From assembly GCA_964270895.1 (NCBI GenBank), contig OZ185439.1: a stretch of 64,000 nucleotides of DNA, one strand, 5' to 3'. The notes beneath the pieces were generated by a model. That model searched no databases. It saw only the letters and a program-made list of their open reading frames with translations, and was not told the DNA's origin. The position numbers and the translations under genes were made by a program. This DNA comes from Podarcis filfolensis. Taxonomy: Eukaryota. This document shows positions 52,331 through 63,560 of the stretch, in pieces (within the stretch, counting starts at the first letter, position 1; every line of letters begins with the position of its first letter).

Positions 52331-53341
52331 CTGACAGAAGGAGAGTAGTTTGGAAAGCAGAAGTAAATTCAACTAAATCTGAAAATGCCATGTGAAGCGC
52401 TCCCATTTTACCAGCGGAAGCTGAGCTTTGCAAGATAGCAGCCAATCCATGCTTGCCTGGGGTGCATAGATTGAGGAATCTTCTTCAAACCACATTTAGC
52501 ATCTTCGCATGTTTCCACCCAATGGCAAGAGAGCCCTTTTAACACTACCTAGCCACCTCTTAATGCCACAACATGCGCACCAGAGGGCGCTCTGACCTTG
52601 CAGAGTTCACAGTGTGCTAGACCCATTACATTTGGATGCCAACTTTGAAGAGGGATCCTTGCCAGGATTTTCTGAATGCGTGTACTGATGCACATGCCTG
52701 CCAGGAAGAGGCAGCTAGCCTGGAGAAAATGATGTCACTATTGTCAATGTATAAGCAAAAAATAAAAAAGACGTGACTGTCCAAAGAAACTTCATCATCA
52801 AATGCAGATTGAAATGAGATCACAGGTGAGAAAAGGGCCTCCAGAACTTCCATAAGGGTGAAAAGCATGGTCCTGGAACTGTGACACAACCCACAAGAAC
52901 ACCAAATGCTAGCAGCTAAGAACAGGATGCTGTTGTGTGTATATAATGACGACAGCAATAAGCTGGGGAATTTTGGAGCTGAGTACCAAGCAAAGTATTA
53001 AGCAGCTTGGATGCCCAGCCTATGGGAGACGTTTCAAGCTGAAGGAAGAGGAGGATGGGGTCATTCACATCCAAGTCTCCTCTTGGGGGAGAAAAAATAT
53101 ATACTTGTGAACTTAGTTGAGATTAGATGAGGCAAACTCTGCCAGGGTTCAATCAGCCTATGGTATTACAAAGACAGGATCAAAGTTACATTAGCTTCTG
53201 TCAAACTCATATTTCATAATTAACCTTACCCGGGACGGGCTGCAATTTCAAAGGCGCTACACTGTTGTGGTAACCCCACAATTTAACTGGCCACACAAGA
53301 GAAGGCAAGCAAAATCTTCTGTCCCATAAACCATGTCATAC

Positions 53342-53494
53342 CGAAGAATTATCACGCTCTCTGGGTGATGTCAACAATTCAGAGTCAGGAATGGTATCAA
53401 AAGGAGAGAGAGACTCGTCATCGGTGCTATCCAGAATATCTGTGATTGCAGTCAACAGGGAAAGCTCGTTCTCTACATCCATGCGGCCTTTTGT
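53342..53494 (-). CDS. PPRC1: PPRC1 exon 3 (ENELSLLTAITDILD...LSPFDTIPDSELL)
   Basis: 153 nt, phase 0 to 0; PGC-1 activation-domain homology. Confidence 0.96.
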
Positions 53495-53820
53495 CTGTTA
53501 GGAGGTGAAAAACAAACCAAATTTGGAATAGACACTCAGTTCATATATGAAACTCAGGGATGGCCAATTTAGCTTTACCCAGGGAGAGTCCAAGGAAGGA
53601 AAGGAGCAACTCTCAAGCTCATTGCCAACACAGGCTTAACTCACCGAAAGTTACATGGAAAACAAATCAAGTAAACAAGCTGTGGAGGTCAAGGAATGGA
53701 ATGATAACAGAGGGTTGCTGTTAATGGTAAACAGCTCAGATCTGCAAGATGAAGGAGCATTACCAAGATAACTTCACAACCAAATAAACACAGAATAGTT
53801 AGAACAATTGAAAATAAAAT

Positions 53821-54024
53821 CCTTGCAGCTGGTTAACATTCCTCATACCATCCAAATAACGACTTCTGAAGCAGATGTGGGGAATTTAGATATTAGGCCA
53901 GCCAGCACATAGCCACTAAGAGTTTAAGGTCTATAAATCTCCCAGAGGGGGGTCTGAACTTTGAGCTTCAACGCAGGCCCACACCAGTAGGTTGCTGTGT
54001 GCTGGCCGGCTTTCGTCTCTCCAT
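53821..54024. other. Structured intronic element, copy A (PPRC1 intron 2)
   Basis: 204 nt, alignable end to end with 55045-55249; three internal stems. Confidence 0.85.
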
Positions 54025-54038
54025 AGAGCAGACCATAC

Positions 54039-54179
54039 CTCAGTCAGACTGCTGAAATCCTCAATGATGGAGATGACGGAAGAGTCTAAGTAGTCCTGCA
54101 TCGTTTCCAGGAACTCTCCTGCTTCAAGGATGGTTTCTGCATCCAGTGATGTCAAATGCAAATCCTCTGCCAATAAGTA
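54039..54179 (-). CDS. PPRC1: PPRC1 exon 2 (YLLAEDL...TMQDYLDSSVISIIEDFSSLTE)
   Basis: 141 nt, phase 0 to 0, ccccag/TAC ... GAG/gtatgg. Confidence 0.95.
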
Positions 54180-55044
54180 CTGGGGTGAAGGAGAAAAAGG
54201 AAGAATAGATGAGGGCACAGAAAGCTGCTTGGGGGACAATGTAAGTCAATTAAACATTACCTGCTAGGTGCAGGTAAGAGCCTTCCTAAAAGTTGACTGT
54301 CTGATATTAATGCCCTCTCCTCTATTTCAAACACTAGTCTAAACAATCAGGTATCCTTCAGCATGAAGGGTAGGATATATATCAATTTAATGAAAAAAAG
54401 GTACACACAAAAGTAATTTATTGCATGTGTGGCACAAGCACCAGTTCTGCAGTTCTAAGCAATCAAGTGGGCACATATGGGGTGAAACACTCCTTCCAGT
54501 AGCCTTGTTCCAAACTGCTGAAGGCATTATATACTAACAGAAACTTACTATACGTACATATAGTACAATAACATTGTTTTCTCAAGTATTACAGAGCAGC
54601 TACTTGAAAGAAAAGCCTTAATGCCAATAAGGCTTACATTTTTTGTGTTGAGCTTCTTAAGAGGGAAGCAACACTGTATGTCTAAGGTAGAAAAGACCAA
54701 CCATTCTGCAGTCTTGGAAAAACCTCCAAGGTGTGAAAAAACTTTTTCCCCGCCCTAGATCATATAGGGGAAACACATACTGGAAGAATTTTGCATCTCA
54801 AGGAGATGGGTTAATTGGTTTGTACAATTATTCTTCCTTGCTTCTCAGCACATCCTTCAGGACTTTCAAGGGCTTTCTTGTTTGCTTTATTGTTTTGACT
54901 TGCTGCTTGTGTTTCAAGGGTAAGTGTTGGCAGAATGTGGGAGGATCAGCTTGTGAGCAAGTTCACAAGGTTGGGTGCCTGCCAGGAGGAGTACAGCTGC
55001 AGAATTTATTAATTAGGCCAATGGACAGGGGCCAGCATATCTTA

Positions 55045-55249
55045 CCTTGCAGGTGACGTGACATTCCTCACACCACCCAAATAATGACTTCTGAAGCAGA
55101 TGTGAGGAATTTAGATATTAGGCCAGCCAACACATAGCCACTAAGAGTTTAAGGTATATTTATATAGCTCTCAGGTGGGATCTGAAATCTGACCTTCAAT
55201 GTAGATCCAGACCAGTAGGGTGCTGTGCTGGCCAGCTTCGTCTCCCCAT
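55045..55249. other. Structured intronic element, copy B (PPRC1 intron 1)
   Basis: 205 nt direct paralog of 53821-54024; ends at CAAG/GTAAGA on the minus strand. Confidence 0.85.
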
Positions 55250-57406
55250 TTTCATTCTCATCAACTAAATAGGAAAGTATCTTATATTGTTTCTCTTATG
55301 TTGCTCTGCTTAAATACTGGTTTCAATGACTTTTATTTTGTATTGAGTGTACTATTTAATAAATCACCGAGTTTTTCTCCCCTGGTGTTATTTCCACTGA
55401 CTCCCAAAGAACTCTTGCATTTGGCAAAACAGATCACGAGAGTCAGAAGTGCAGCCCTTTTCATCCAATAAATGTTGGATTCCTGCCCCTAAGTAAACTC
55501 AAGCTGTTTTGCTAATACCTTATCCTCCAATTAGGGTACCAATGTTGCCTTACTACCCAAAGCTAGCATGCACTAGGTCAGGAGTTGTGAGGCTCTCCAA
55601 CTCCCATCAACCCCAGCCAGCATGGCCAATGGAATTTGTCTGGAAAGCACAACCTTGCTATCTCTGCACTAGTTTCTATCCCCAGTTGCCTATTTCCATA
55701 GTCTCTGTTGATTAGCCCACAGCATGGAACTTTCTTGAGTCAGTGCATGTTTGCCCCCCACCAACACATACACACAAAAATCAAAGAAAAAATGCCAAGC
55801 CACAAAATAAGGTGCAATTTGTTGCTATTGCAAGAAAGGTTCATATCATCCAACTGTGCTAAACGTGTTTTTGAGGAATGGATCTTCAAATATTCTAAGC
55901 AATGGAATTATCATATCAGCACTGGAATATTCAAGAGACATTTGCACAATAGAATCACCATGCTGATCTCTTGATCACTTCTCAAGGGCTAGGGGGTAGT
56001 GAGAAAAGACAGGAGCAGTCGCTGTAAATGCCTTGCCTTAAACAAGGACAACTATTTCAAGGTAAAGGCTAAGCTGGAAGAAAGCAGTGGTCTTCATCTA
56101 TTTCTACATGACAGATTCTACAGGAGTAACATTAACTATGAGGCAGCATTCCAAAATCAGTATTGTCAGCAAATAAACATGCATGATCTCTGGGAGGAGC
56201 CACCCATTCTGACCTGGGAGGTATTTTCTGGCTGCTGAATCAACACATTTAAGATGGGAAACTTGCCAACTGCCAAAGTCTGCCTTCACTACTGGATCTG
56301 ACAGATGGATATGGTGGGAATTCCATTTTCCAATGCCTGCCCCCTAGCCTTTAGGAAGACATAACTGCAAGAGAACGTGATGAGCAAAGTTATGGGAAAC
56401 TATGACAATGAATGGATTACCTGTGGACCTCCGTATGCTATTGGACTCCCAGCCATTGTGGTCCAAAAATATCTATAGGGCTATAGGTCTCAACCCATAC
56501 TGGACCTTGTTTAGCTTTGCAGACATGCTAGCAGTTTTACTGCTGCACCACTAAATCCCACTTCAGATTACAGAAAAAATGAAGTTGGTCTCATTCACCA
56601 TAAGAACAACAACAAAAAATTCCATTAATGCTCCTTTATTTCTGAGGAATGTTCTCCGGATAGCATATTCCACTGCAGTCTAATATCAGCCAAGGAGCAT
56701 TATAAAGTCAAATATGCTGTAACACACTGTACTACAAAAAAACCCTCTAGCACATGCATTCAGTGAATACTATTGCAGTCTGACATATGTTTTGCAGTAA
56801 CTTGGGATCCTCCTTAGCCCCGTATATCAAACTGCAATGGGAACAGCAACGTTTTTATACTCTTCCAATGAACATTCTACAGGCATCACTCAACAAATCA
56901 AGGCATGGCCACCTTGCAATTAACCACTTGTTCAGAGTTGCAATCCTGTCCACGTAAGCAGTTTCCTACTACTTAACTGCACTGCACACACATGGATGTC
57001 CAGCAGGCAAGTTGGTAAATGTTATGCAATTATCTGTAAACACTAGGTCAATGGAAGGTAGCAGAGCCGGCAGGATAGGAGAGATAGGTAAAACTATGAA
57101 GCTGAAGACTAGCTTCTCGGGGCAAAGACTATTTTTGTTATGTAACTGTAAGGTGCCCAATGGTTGACCAAAGTAAATCTGAAGGGTAGCCTTTTGTTTT
57201 CTTTGTGTGTACATACATGGTTAACAACCAAGTCACCATGAGTAGCAGTCCGTGCTCTCCTGCCAAGGTAACAAATGCTAACATGGGAAGGACACTGTTC
57301 CTGGCAACTGAGAGATCACTAGATGAGATAATGTTTTAGAATGCTTTTAAGAATTGTTTTGTTGTAGATGTGTTTGCAGCCTTGGACTCCTTTAGGAAGG
57401 GCAGGA

Positions 57407-57450
57407 TACTACTACTACTACTACTACTACTAGTAGTAGTAGTAGTAGTA
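57407..57450. repeat. (TAC)n-(TAG)n inverted microsatellite
   Basis: Perfect 38-bp palindrome 57413-57450 centred on CTAG. Confidence 0.95.
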
Positions 57451-59157
57451 CTATCATCATCATCACCATCATTAACAATTTTCCGACATCAAGAAATTTA
57501 TTCACAAATATATGCCTAATGCGCTGTACTTTCACATTACAGCTAAACCTTACTCCAGATGAGTTTCTGGAACAGAAATGTCCAATTCATCATCCTTCAC
57601 AGAATCTATGATACAGGTGCCAGGAGCCACATGGCTCCTACCTTTTCTATCCCTGGTTTCTAACACTGGTCTCCCATGCAGTTGGGGTGGGGAAAAATAG
57701 GGAGTCACATGAACTGTTGCTCTTCCCAGATACCAAGCACAGAGATGCTAAATCCCTTCAGCATGCCTGTTATCATTTTCTCTGTGCTCTGCACTTGCAT
57801 CAACTCAGTGGCAATGCCCCCCGGCCCCAGCAGCATGCAGGGGAGATCATTCTGTCTGGCCAGCTAGAATGCTGGTGCTGATAGAACATTCACCATAGTA
57901 TGAAGTTGAATCCCACCCTGAGTTAATGCTTGCTAATCACCACCAAAGTTCTGCACCTCTCAGTTTGGTTCTCGTTTGTCAAAATTCCTGGTTTCCAGCC
58001 TGCCGTACTTTCTCATGTCCATTCCTCTGTGCAAAGGCCACCGTAACAGACTCTCTTACCTGTGGCAAGCTAGGGAAAGGATGCTGCTTCTCTACAAACA
58101 AGCACCTTCTGATCCATTTCAGCACTTTGATCCTACTGCTGACAGTACTTTAACTCCACCAAGGCAGGCTCATAAACACTTCTTCCTAGGGCCACTCCTT
58201 TTTTTGGTGAAGCAGGGCTAGTCTCAGGGATGCAAACACCCAGAGAGCAGCCAGCTCAGCTTCAGGGAGGGAGGAAATGTGCAGAGCTGGTTAGAAAGCA
58301 GCTATGGAACAAGTTCTAACTCAAAGCACGTTTAACCGCTTCCCTCCCTAGACATCCAGCTGAAATTATTGGGCTTTGCACAGCAGACTCTCACTACAAG
58401 GACTTGGCAATGCTCCATGAATACCTGGGAGCATTCTTTGGCCTGATGTCTCAGTCACCAAATTTTTCCATGACAGCTTCCCACCTAGTCAGCCAAAATT
58501 CTTTTCAGATGCAGAATCCAGAGCAGGGCTGCTAAACTGTTCCACATTTTCCACGTGGAGGAGTCTGCATAGCTAGCTTCTCAGATTCTGAAAATTCCCA
58601 TGGAGTCGTCTGCATTGCTAGCTTCTCAGATTCTGAAAATTCCTAATCAGTTTAAGCTTGAAAATAACCCAAACAAGCTCAAGATAAGATGGTTTCACAT
58701 GTGGGGGAGAGCATCCTGGCCTTGGATCTCCACTGTGGTCATTAACATCAACTGCTCATCTTTTGGTTGGGAAAGTGGATTTGTCTATCATCTTTCTCTG
58801 AAGGTCCAAATGTGGTGTTTTTAAGGCACTTCATAAACCGGCAAAAGGAAAAAAGTGAATTTCTCAATAGGACCCATAGCTCATGATGTCAACTGGATAG
58901 GACAACATCTTTGCTTGGATTAGATGTTTATAGGTGGTATCCAGCTTTCCAGTTCCACTAGCACAAGAGACTGTGGACCAGAACCCACCCCCACCATGCC
59001 TCCCCATGCAGTCACCAGCACACCCTCAAAGTCAGCTCTGGAAGGCTAGGATGGGAGACCTTACAAAGATGATTTTGGGGACAAGCAGGGCAAGGAGAAG
59101 GGGGGCTTTTTTGCTATGCAAGCAGAGTTCTATTTGCAGAGCACTGGGTACAACCCA

Positions 59158-59303
59158 GGCAGTTAGCTCAGTTGGTTAGAGCATGGTGCTGATAAGGCCA
59201 GGTTGTGGGTTCGATCCCTGTACGGACCAGCTGCATTTTCCCCTGTTGAAGGGGTTGGAATAGTTGACCCTTGTGGTCCCTTCCAACTCTACAATTATAT
59301 GAT
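59158..59303 (+). mobile_element. tRNA-Ile-derived SINE with CR1-like tail
   Basis: GTTAGCTCAGTTGGTTAGAGC..CTGATAA..GGTTCGATCCC head; GGGGTTGGAATAG..CCCTTCCAACTCTACAATT tail. Confidence 0.8.
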
Positions 59304-59977
59304 TAACCCTTCATGTTCCCTTTCCCTGCTGTGGATTTCACAACTAACCTCTTCCCACCCCCACCGCCATGTGTCTGTAAATGTCACCAATGACTACAGA
59401 ACAGTTTCCCACCATCAGTAGATTACTGTGGCAAAGCAAGTACCCTGTCACTAGGCCTGAGTCAATATGCTGCATGAAGAGCTAATCACCTAAGCGAGCA
59501 TGGATGCATCAGCAGGTAAATTCCTGACACTGCCACTGACTGCAGGTTTGACCTTGCTGCTCCCTCAAACTGATGTAGGTTATGTTTGGTTAGCCATCAG
59601 GTCCCTGATTACAACGCCATGTCACCTAAAGCTGGATTTTCTCTCCAAATCCCTTTATAACTGTGGACCAGAGATGATGGGAGTTGGAGCCCAACATTCA
59701 ACTCCCTAGAGAGCTACATGCTCCTCCTCCCTGCTATAAGCTCACAAGATCTTTGTCTATGCTACCCAGTGTCTTATACTGAACCTTGTTTCCAGATTTG
59801 CCTTCTCCAATAGACAAACATACTCCAGTTATATAGTAAGCCCACAACCTACACCAGGGTTACATTCCAGGGGTTGAACCTAAAGTCAAAATTGCACATA
59901 CAGTAGTCAAAACACAATGGATTCAATGGCAGGTGGGATTGCCAAAGTCATTTTTCCCAGGCCTCTTTCTGCTCCCT

Positions 59978-59979
<2 letters not shown>

Positions 59980-60018
<39 letters not shown>
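59980..60018. repeat. (CAT)13 microsatellite
   Basis: Perfect run of 39 nt. Confidence 0.97.
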
Positions 60019-61699
60019 TTTGCCATGCACATAAAGCTGAATGCACACAAGTTGTGGGCTTACTGTATCCTAATAAATGCCCCTATAAATATATCATACT
60101 TCAATTGTAATTTAACAAAAGTATAGATTATTAAGGAATTAACATTAAGAATACAGTGAAGGGAAATAGAAAACAAAAGAAGAATCCTTAAAGAGGATTC
60201 TAAAGAAGAGATGACAGGTTGAGAATTAACACATCTATCACTGTAATAATGTCACATATGTTATGAAGCCTAAAGTCTGGTACTTGTATCTGCTTAGCAG
60301 TGTGTTCTCCATGGTATTAGGAATATAGTAAGCTGCCTTACACAGTCAGACCATTCCATTGGCCCATCTAACTCAGTACTGTCTAATTGACCAGAAGTAG
60401 CTTTCTACGATTTGTGATAGGGTATGATTGTACTCAGAAAGAATTCATGAGCTTAGTGATCTTACTACACTGCAAATTTCAATTAAGATATGCATGAAGA
60501 ATAGTGACAAATGAAAACCTAAGATAAAATCTTGCAAGAGAAGCCAAACATAGTGGTTCAGCTTCTGCAGATGAAAGCTAAGGAAGGCAGGTTCACCTAC
60601 TACTTAACACCCTTTCCACTTCCAACTGCAACAGGCTGGCAATTTAGCAATATAAATTATGTTAAATGCATTTCCCTTTACTTCTCACTGCACAGACACA
60701 CAAAACAACTAATTTATTTTTGCATGGTCAGGACAGAGTCTGCCATCACATGCTTAGTACATTCATCACATGGTATGAATGTGGTAGGAAGGAACTCAAT
60801 TGGAGAAGAAGTCCAGCTGGAGTCCCAGCAGTCTTCCAGTGAACAAAATGCCAAAGCAGGCCACATGCACATTACTGCTATTTATCATTCCTAACATGGG
60901 CATACACTCTCAACTCCCATAAATGGCTTCTCTCTGAAACTGCTTGCTGGAAGCAAAAGCCATGCTCCAAGTGATTTCCAAAAAATATATAACCCAACAC
61001 CAAGGGTTTTCAGGAATGCTGGTAGAATCAGATTCAGAGAACAAGAGATGCTAGATTGTTTGGAGCAGACAGAGGCATGCATGCTTGTAGAGTGCCTTCT
61101 CTCATAAGAATTGAAACTGCTGAAAGACTGCATCATCAAATGGGGCTGAACAGGATCAGCAAGTGGGTGGGGATGAACACACCCAGAAATGAAAAGCTTT
61201 GGGTGGGGGGTGTATAAGAGGAAGAGGGTGGAGTTAAGGCAGGCAAAAGCATCAGGGCCCATTTTTACATGAGGGAACGCTTCTCAGTCTGCAGCCAACC
61301 CAGCACATGAGAGACAGGGCTCACCCATCTCCAGAACAAGCAAAAAGTGCTCTAGCCCACATTGGCATGGGTGGAGGAGACAAAACGAGCCCCGCCCCGT
61401 TATGAAAGATAATGTGGATATACCACAGAAGAGGGAGTTTAAAAATAATCACGGGAAAGGGGCTCATTCTGAGCCAGATTTGATCAGAGCGATTCCTAAA
61501 AGATTCATATGCCACGACTAAGTGGGGAGGTCCTATTTCCCTTGCTTAAACCCAGGACCCCAGCCAAGTCATAAATACCCCAGTTCTCCACGGAAATAAG
61601 TCCAAAACTGCCCCAATGGTGGTCTAGGAGACACCCCCCTCCCGACAAACCCTAAAGATAGGACTAGCATGTCTTAGAAACCTCCAGTTTAACGTATCC

Positions 61700-63560
61700 G
61701 TTATGTCGAGGCCCTCGATAACTTTTTTTGTCGGGGGTGGAGGCCACCTCCAGATCTCTGAACTGCAGTGGCCCTCACCCAGCTCCCCAAAGCCCACCTT
61801 ATGTCACCGTGTCACTCCTCTGGCCGCCACCGCGCGCCCGGGGCCCACGCGAGAAGCCTCTCGCAACTTCGCAAAAGCTGGAGCCAGATGTTCCGCGAAG
61901 CATTTCCCGCTCCTGCCCCCGAAGCTCCCTTCCAAGGGTACCCGTTCCTGCCCGGTTCCAGCGCTGCCTTCGCCCTCCTCGCCTCCCAACCCCAGGGCCA
62001 TGCTAACCCCGGTTTCCCGGTCGTGCTGGCCGGTGCCACCTCCCTATGCCGGCCACGCCGCCTCCACGTGTCCACCCAGCGCCAGCCAAATCGGCTAGCC
62101 CAACTCTCTCCCGCCCGCTACCAGCCGCCAGACCCGGCCATTACCTGCGTGGAAGAAAGGCCATTGCCCGCCACGGGCTCCGGGCCCCCTCGCAGCGGGA
62201 GGGTTCCCCCAGCCCCGGCATGTCCCGCGCCGCCGCCCCACAGCGCCGCCATCTTGGCACCTCCTCGCAAGCAGTTTCAGCAGCCCGGCCGGCACGCTAA
62301 AACTCTGTTTCCCGGAAGGCAGCGCGGCGGGGAAGTGAGCTTTTCTTCTGGCGCGATGTATGTTGGGAGCTCCGTTCCCTAAAGCATCATGAGCGTTGTA
62401 GTTTCTTCTGCTGGAGGCGGGCTCAAACAATAATCAATCACTTCAGGCTTGCAGTAATAGCGCGGACATTCAGTGGTAACAGCATTGCTTTATCTTTGCA
62501 TTGGTCTGAGGTAATGCTACAGTTTTTAGCCTATTTGTTATGCAGTTAAGAAACTGTACAGAGGAGAAATCGTTTGGCACTGGACTTCAGTGCAGGGTAT
62601 AACTAAGAGGTGTTCTTCAGCCTTCGCCTGTCTGAATCTGATGCTTGGTGATGGGATCTCTTCAAGCTGCGTGGTTGATTTTTCCAGCAGCGTAATCGGA
62701 GGTTCGTTTTTATACAAGATGCAGACGCTCAAAAGTTGCTCTCCTGTTATACTACTAAGTCGTTAGCATGCAGAGGGAAACGATAAGGAAAGGCTACGGA
62801 GATCAGTATTGCAGCAATTATTCTGTTTAGCCTTCTCTTTTTTGTAACAGGTCCAGATCTCAAGAACTAAGGTTGCAAAAATACTGCCAACTAGCGTACC
62901 CATTGAACACAGCGAGATTTCATAGGTCCGACTACGCACGCATAGGATCGCGCTGCTTAGCACCCTATGTGCGCGGTAGGCAGCCTGGTGACTGATTTGC
63001 AGATTCGGTGACGCACAGTCTATAGTTTTGTTCTAGCCTTGGACCCCGAAAGACGTCTCGGTACAAAGCAGTATTAAATCATTTCCGACAATTTCCTTTT
63101 TATTGAATGCGGCATTTCCTTGCTTACAGCTGCCATGAATTCTATATTCTTCTTATGCGGTGCGAGAGAAAGCAGACTCTTAACAAAGATCAGGTCTGGA
63201 CTTAAGGCCGCTAGGCTATCTTATTACATGATTACAATACAATAATACAATTATGCGAAGGAGGAAGACATTTTACAGTTGGGCACGGGCTGCTGCCTCA
63301 GCTCCATCTTAATAGTAGGCGGCCCGCCCTTCGACTCCGGGAGTGGGTGACGTCACTCAGCCCCGCCTCTTTGTGGCCTCATTTTCCCGCGGTTACAGCG
63401 CGGAAGTTTCCTCCCACAAGCTTTGCTTGGTGCGTGCTTGGCTTCCATGTGGGCAGCTGAGCTGCTGCGTGGTGAGTCAAGCTTAGCTGCGGCTCTGCCA
63501 AGAAGGAAGCAGACAAGAGGCCGTGGTAATACTCCAAGCCTCAAGGGGCGAACGGGCTGA
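61700..63560. promoter_or_regulatory. PPRC1: CpG island / PPRC1 promoter region
   Basis: GC-rich core 61700-62470 and CpG-retaining flank to about 63560; ETS CCGGAAG near 62311, ZNF143-like ACTACAA (minus strand, about 62395-62402), YY1 motif at the ATG, CRE at 63348. Confidence 0.9.
62145..62252 (-). CDS. PPRC1: PPRC1 exon 1 (MAALWGGGAG...GLSSTQ)
   Basis: CCAAG ATG GCG GCG, 108 nt, CAG/gtaatg, phase 0 joins exon 2. Confidence 0.85.

Noticed and set aside
52792-52800. C-box-like TGATGA on the PPRC1 strand (also 61133-61138 and 55258-55263)
   Set aside because: No convincing D box with terminal stem or rRNA-complementary guide; the box at copy B is absent from copy A
54351-54359. U12-type donor GTATCCTTC
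   Set aside because: Antisense to PPRC1, no matching branch site seen, and about two such 8-mers are expected by chance in both strands of 64 kb
59158-59230. Functional tRNA-Ile(GAT) gene
   Set aside because: Damaged acceptor and anticodon stems, no T-run terminator, and it continues into a SINE tail
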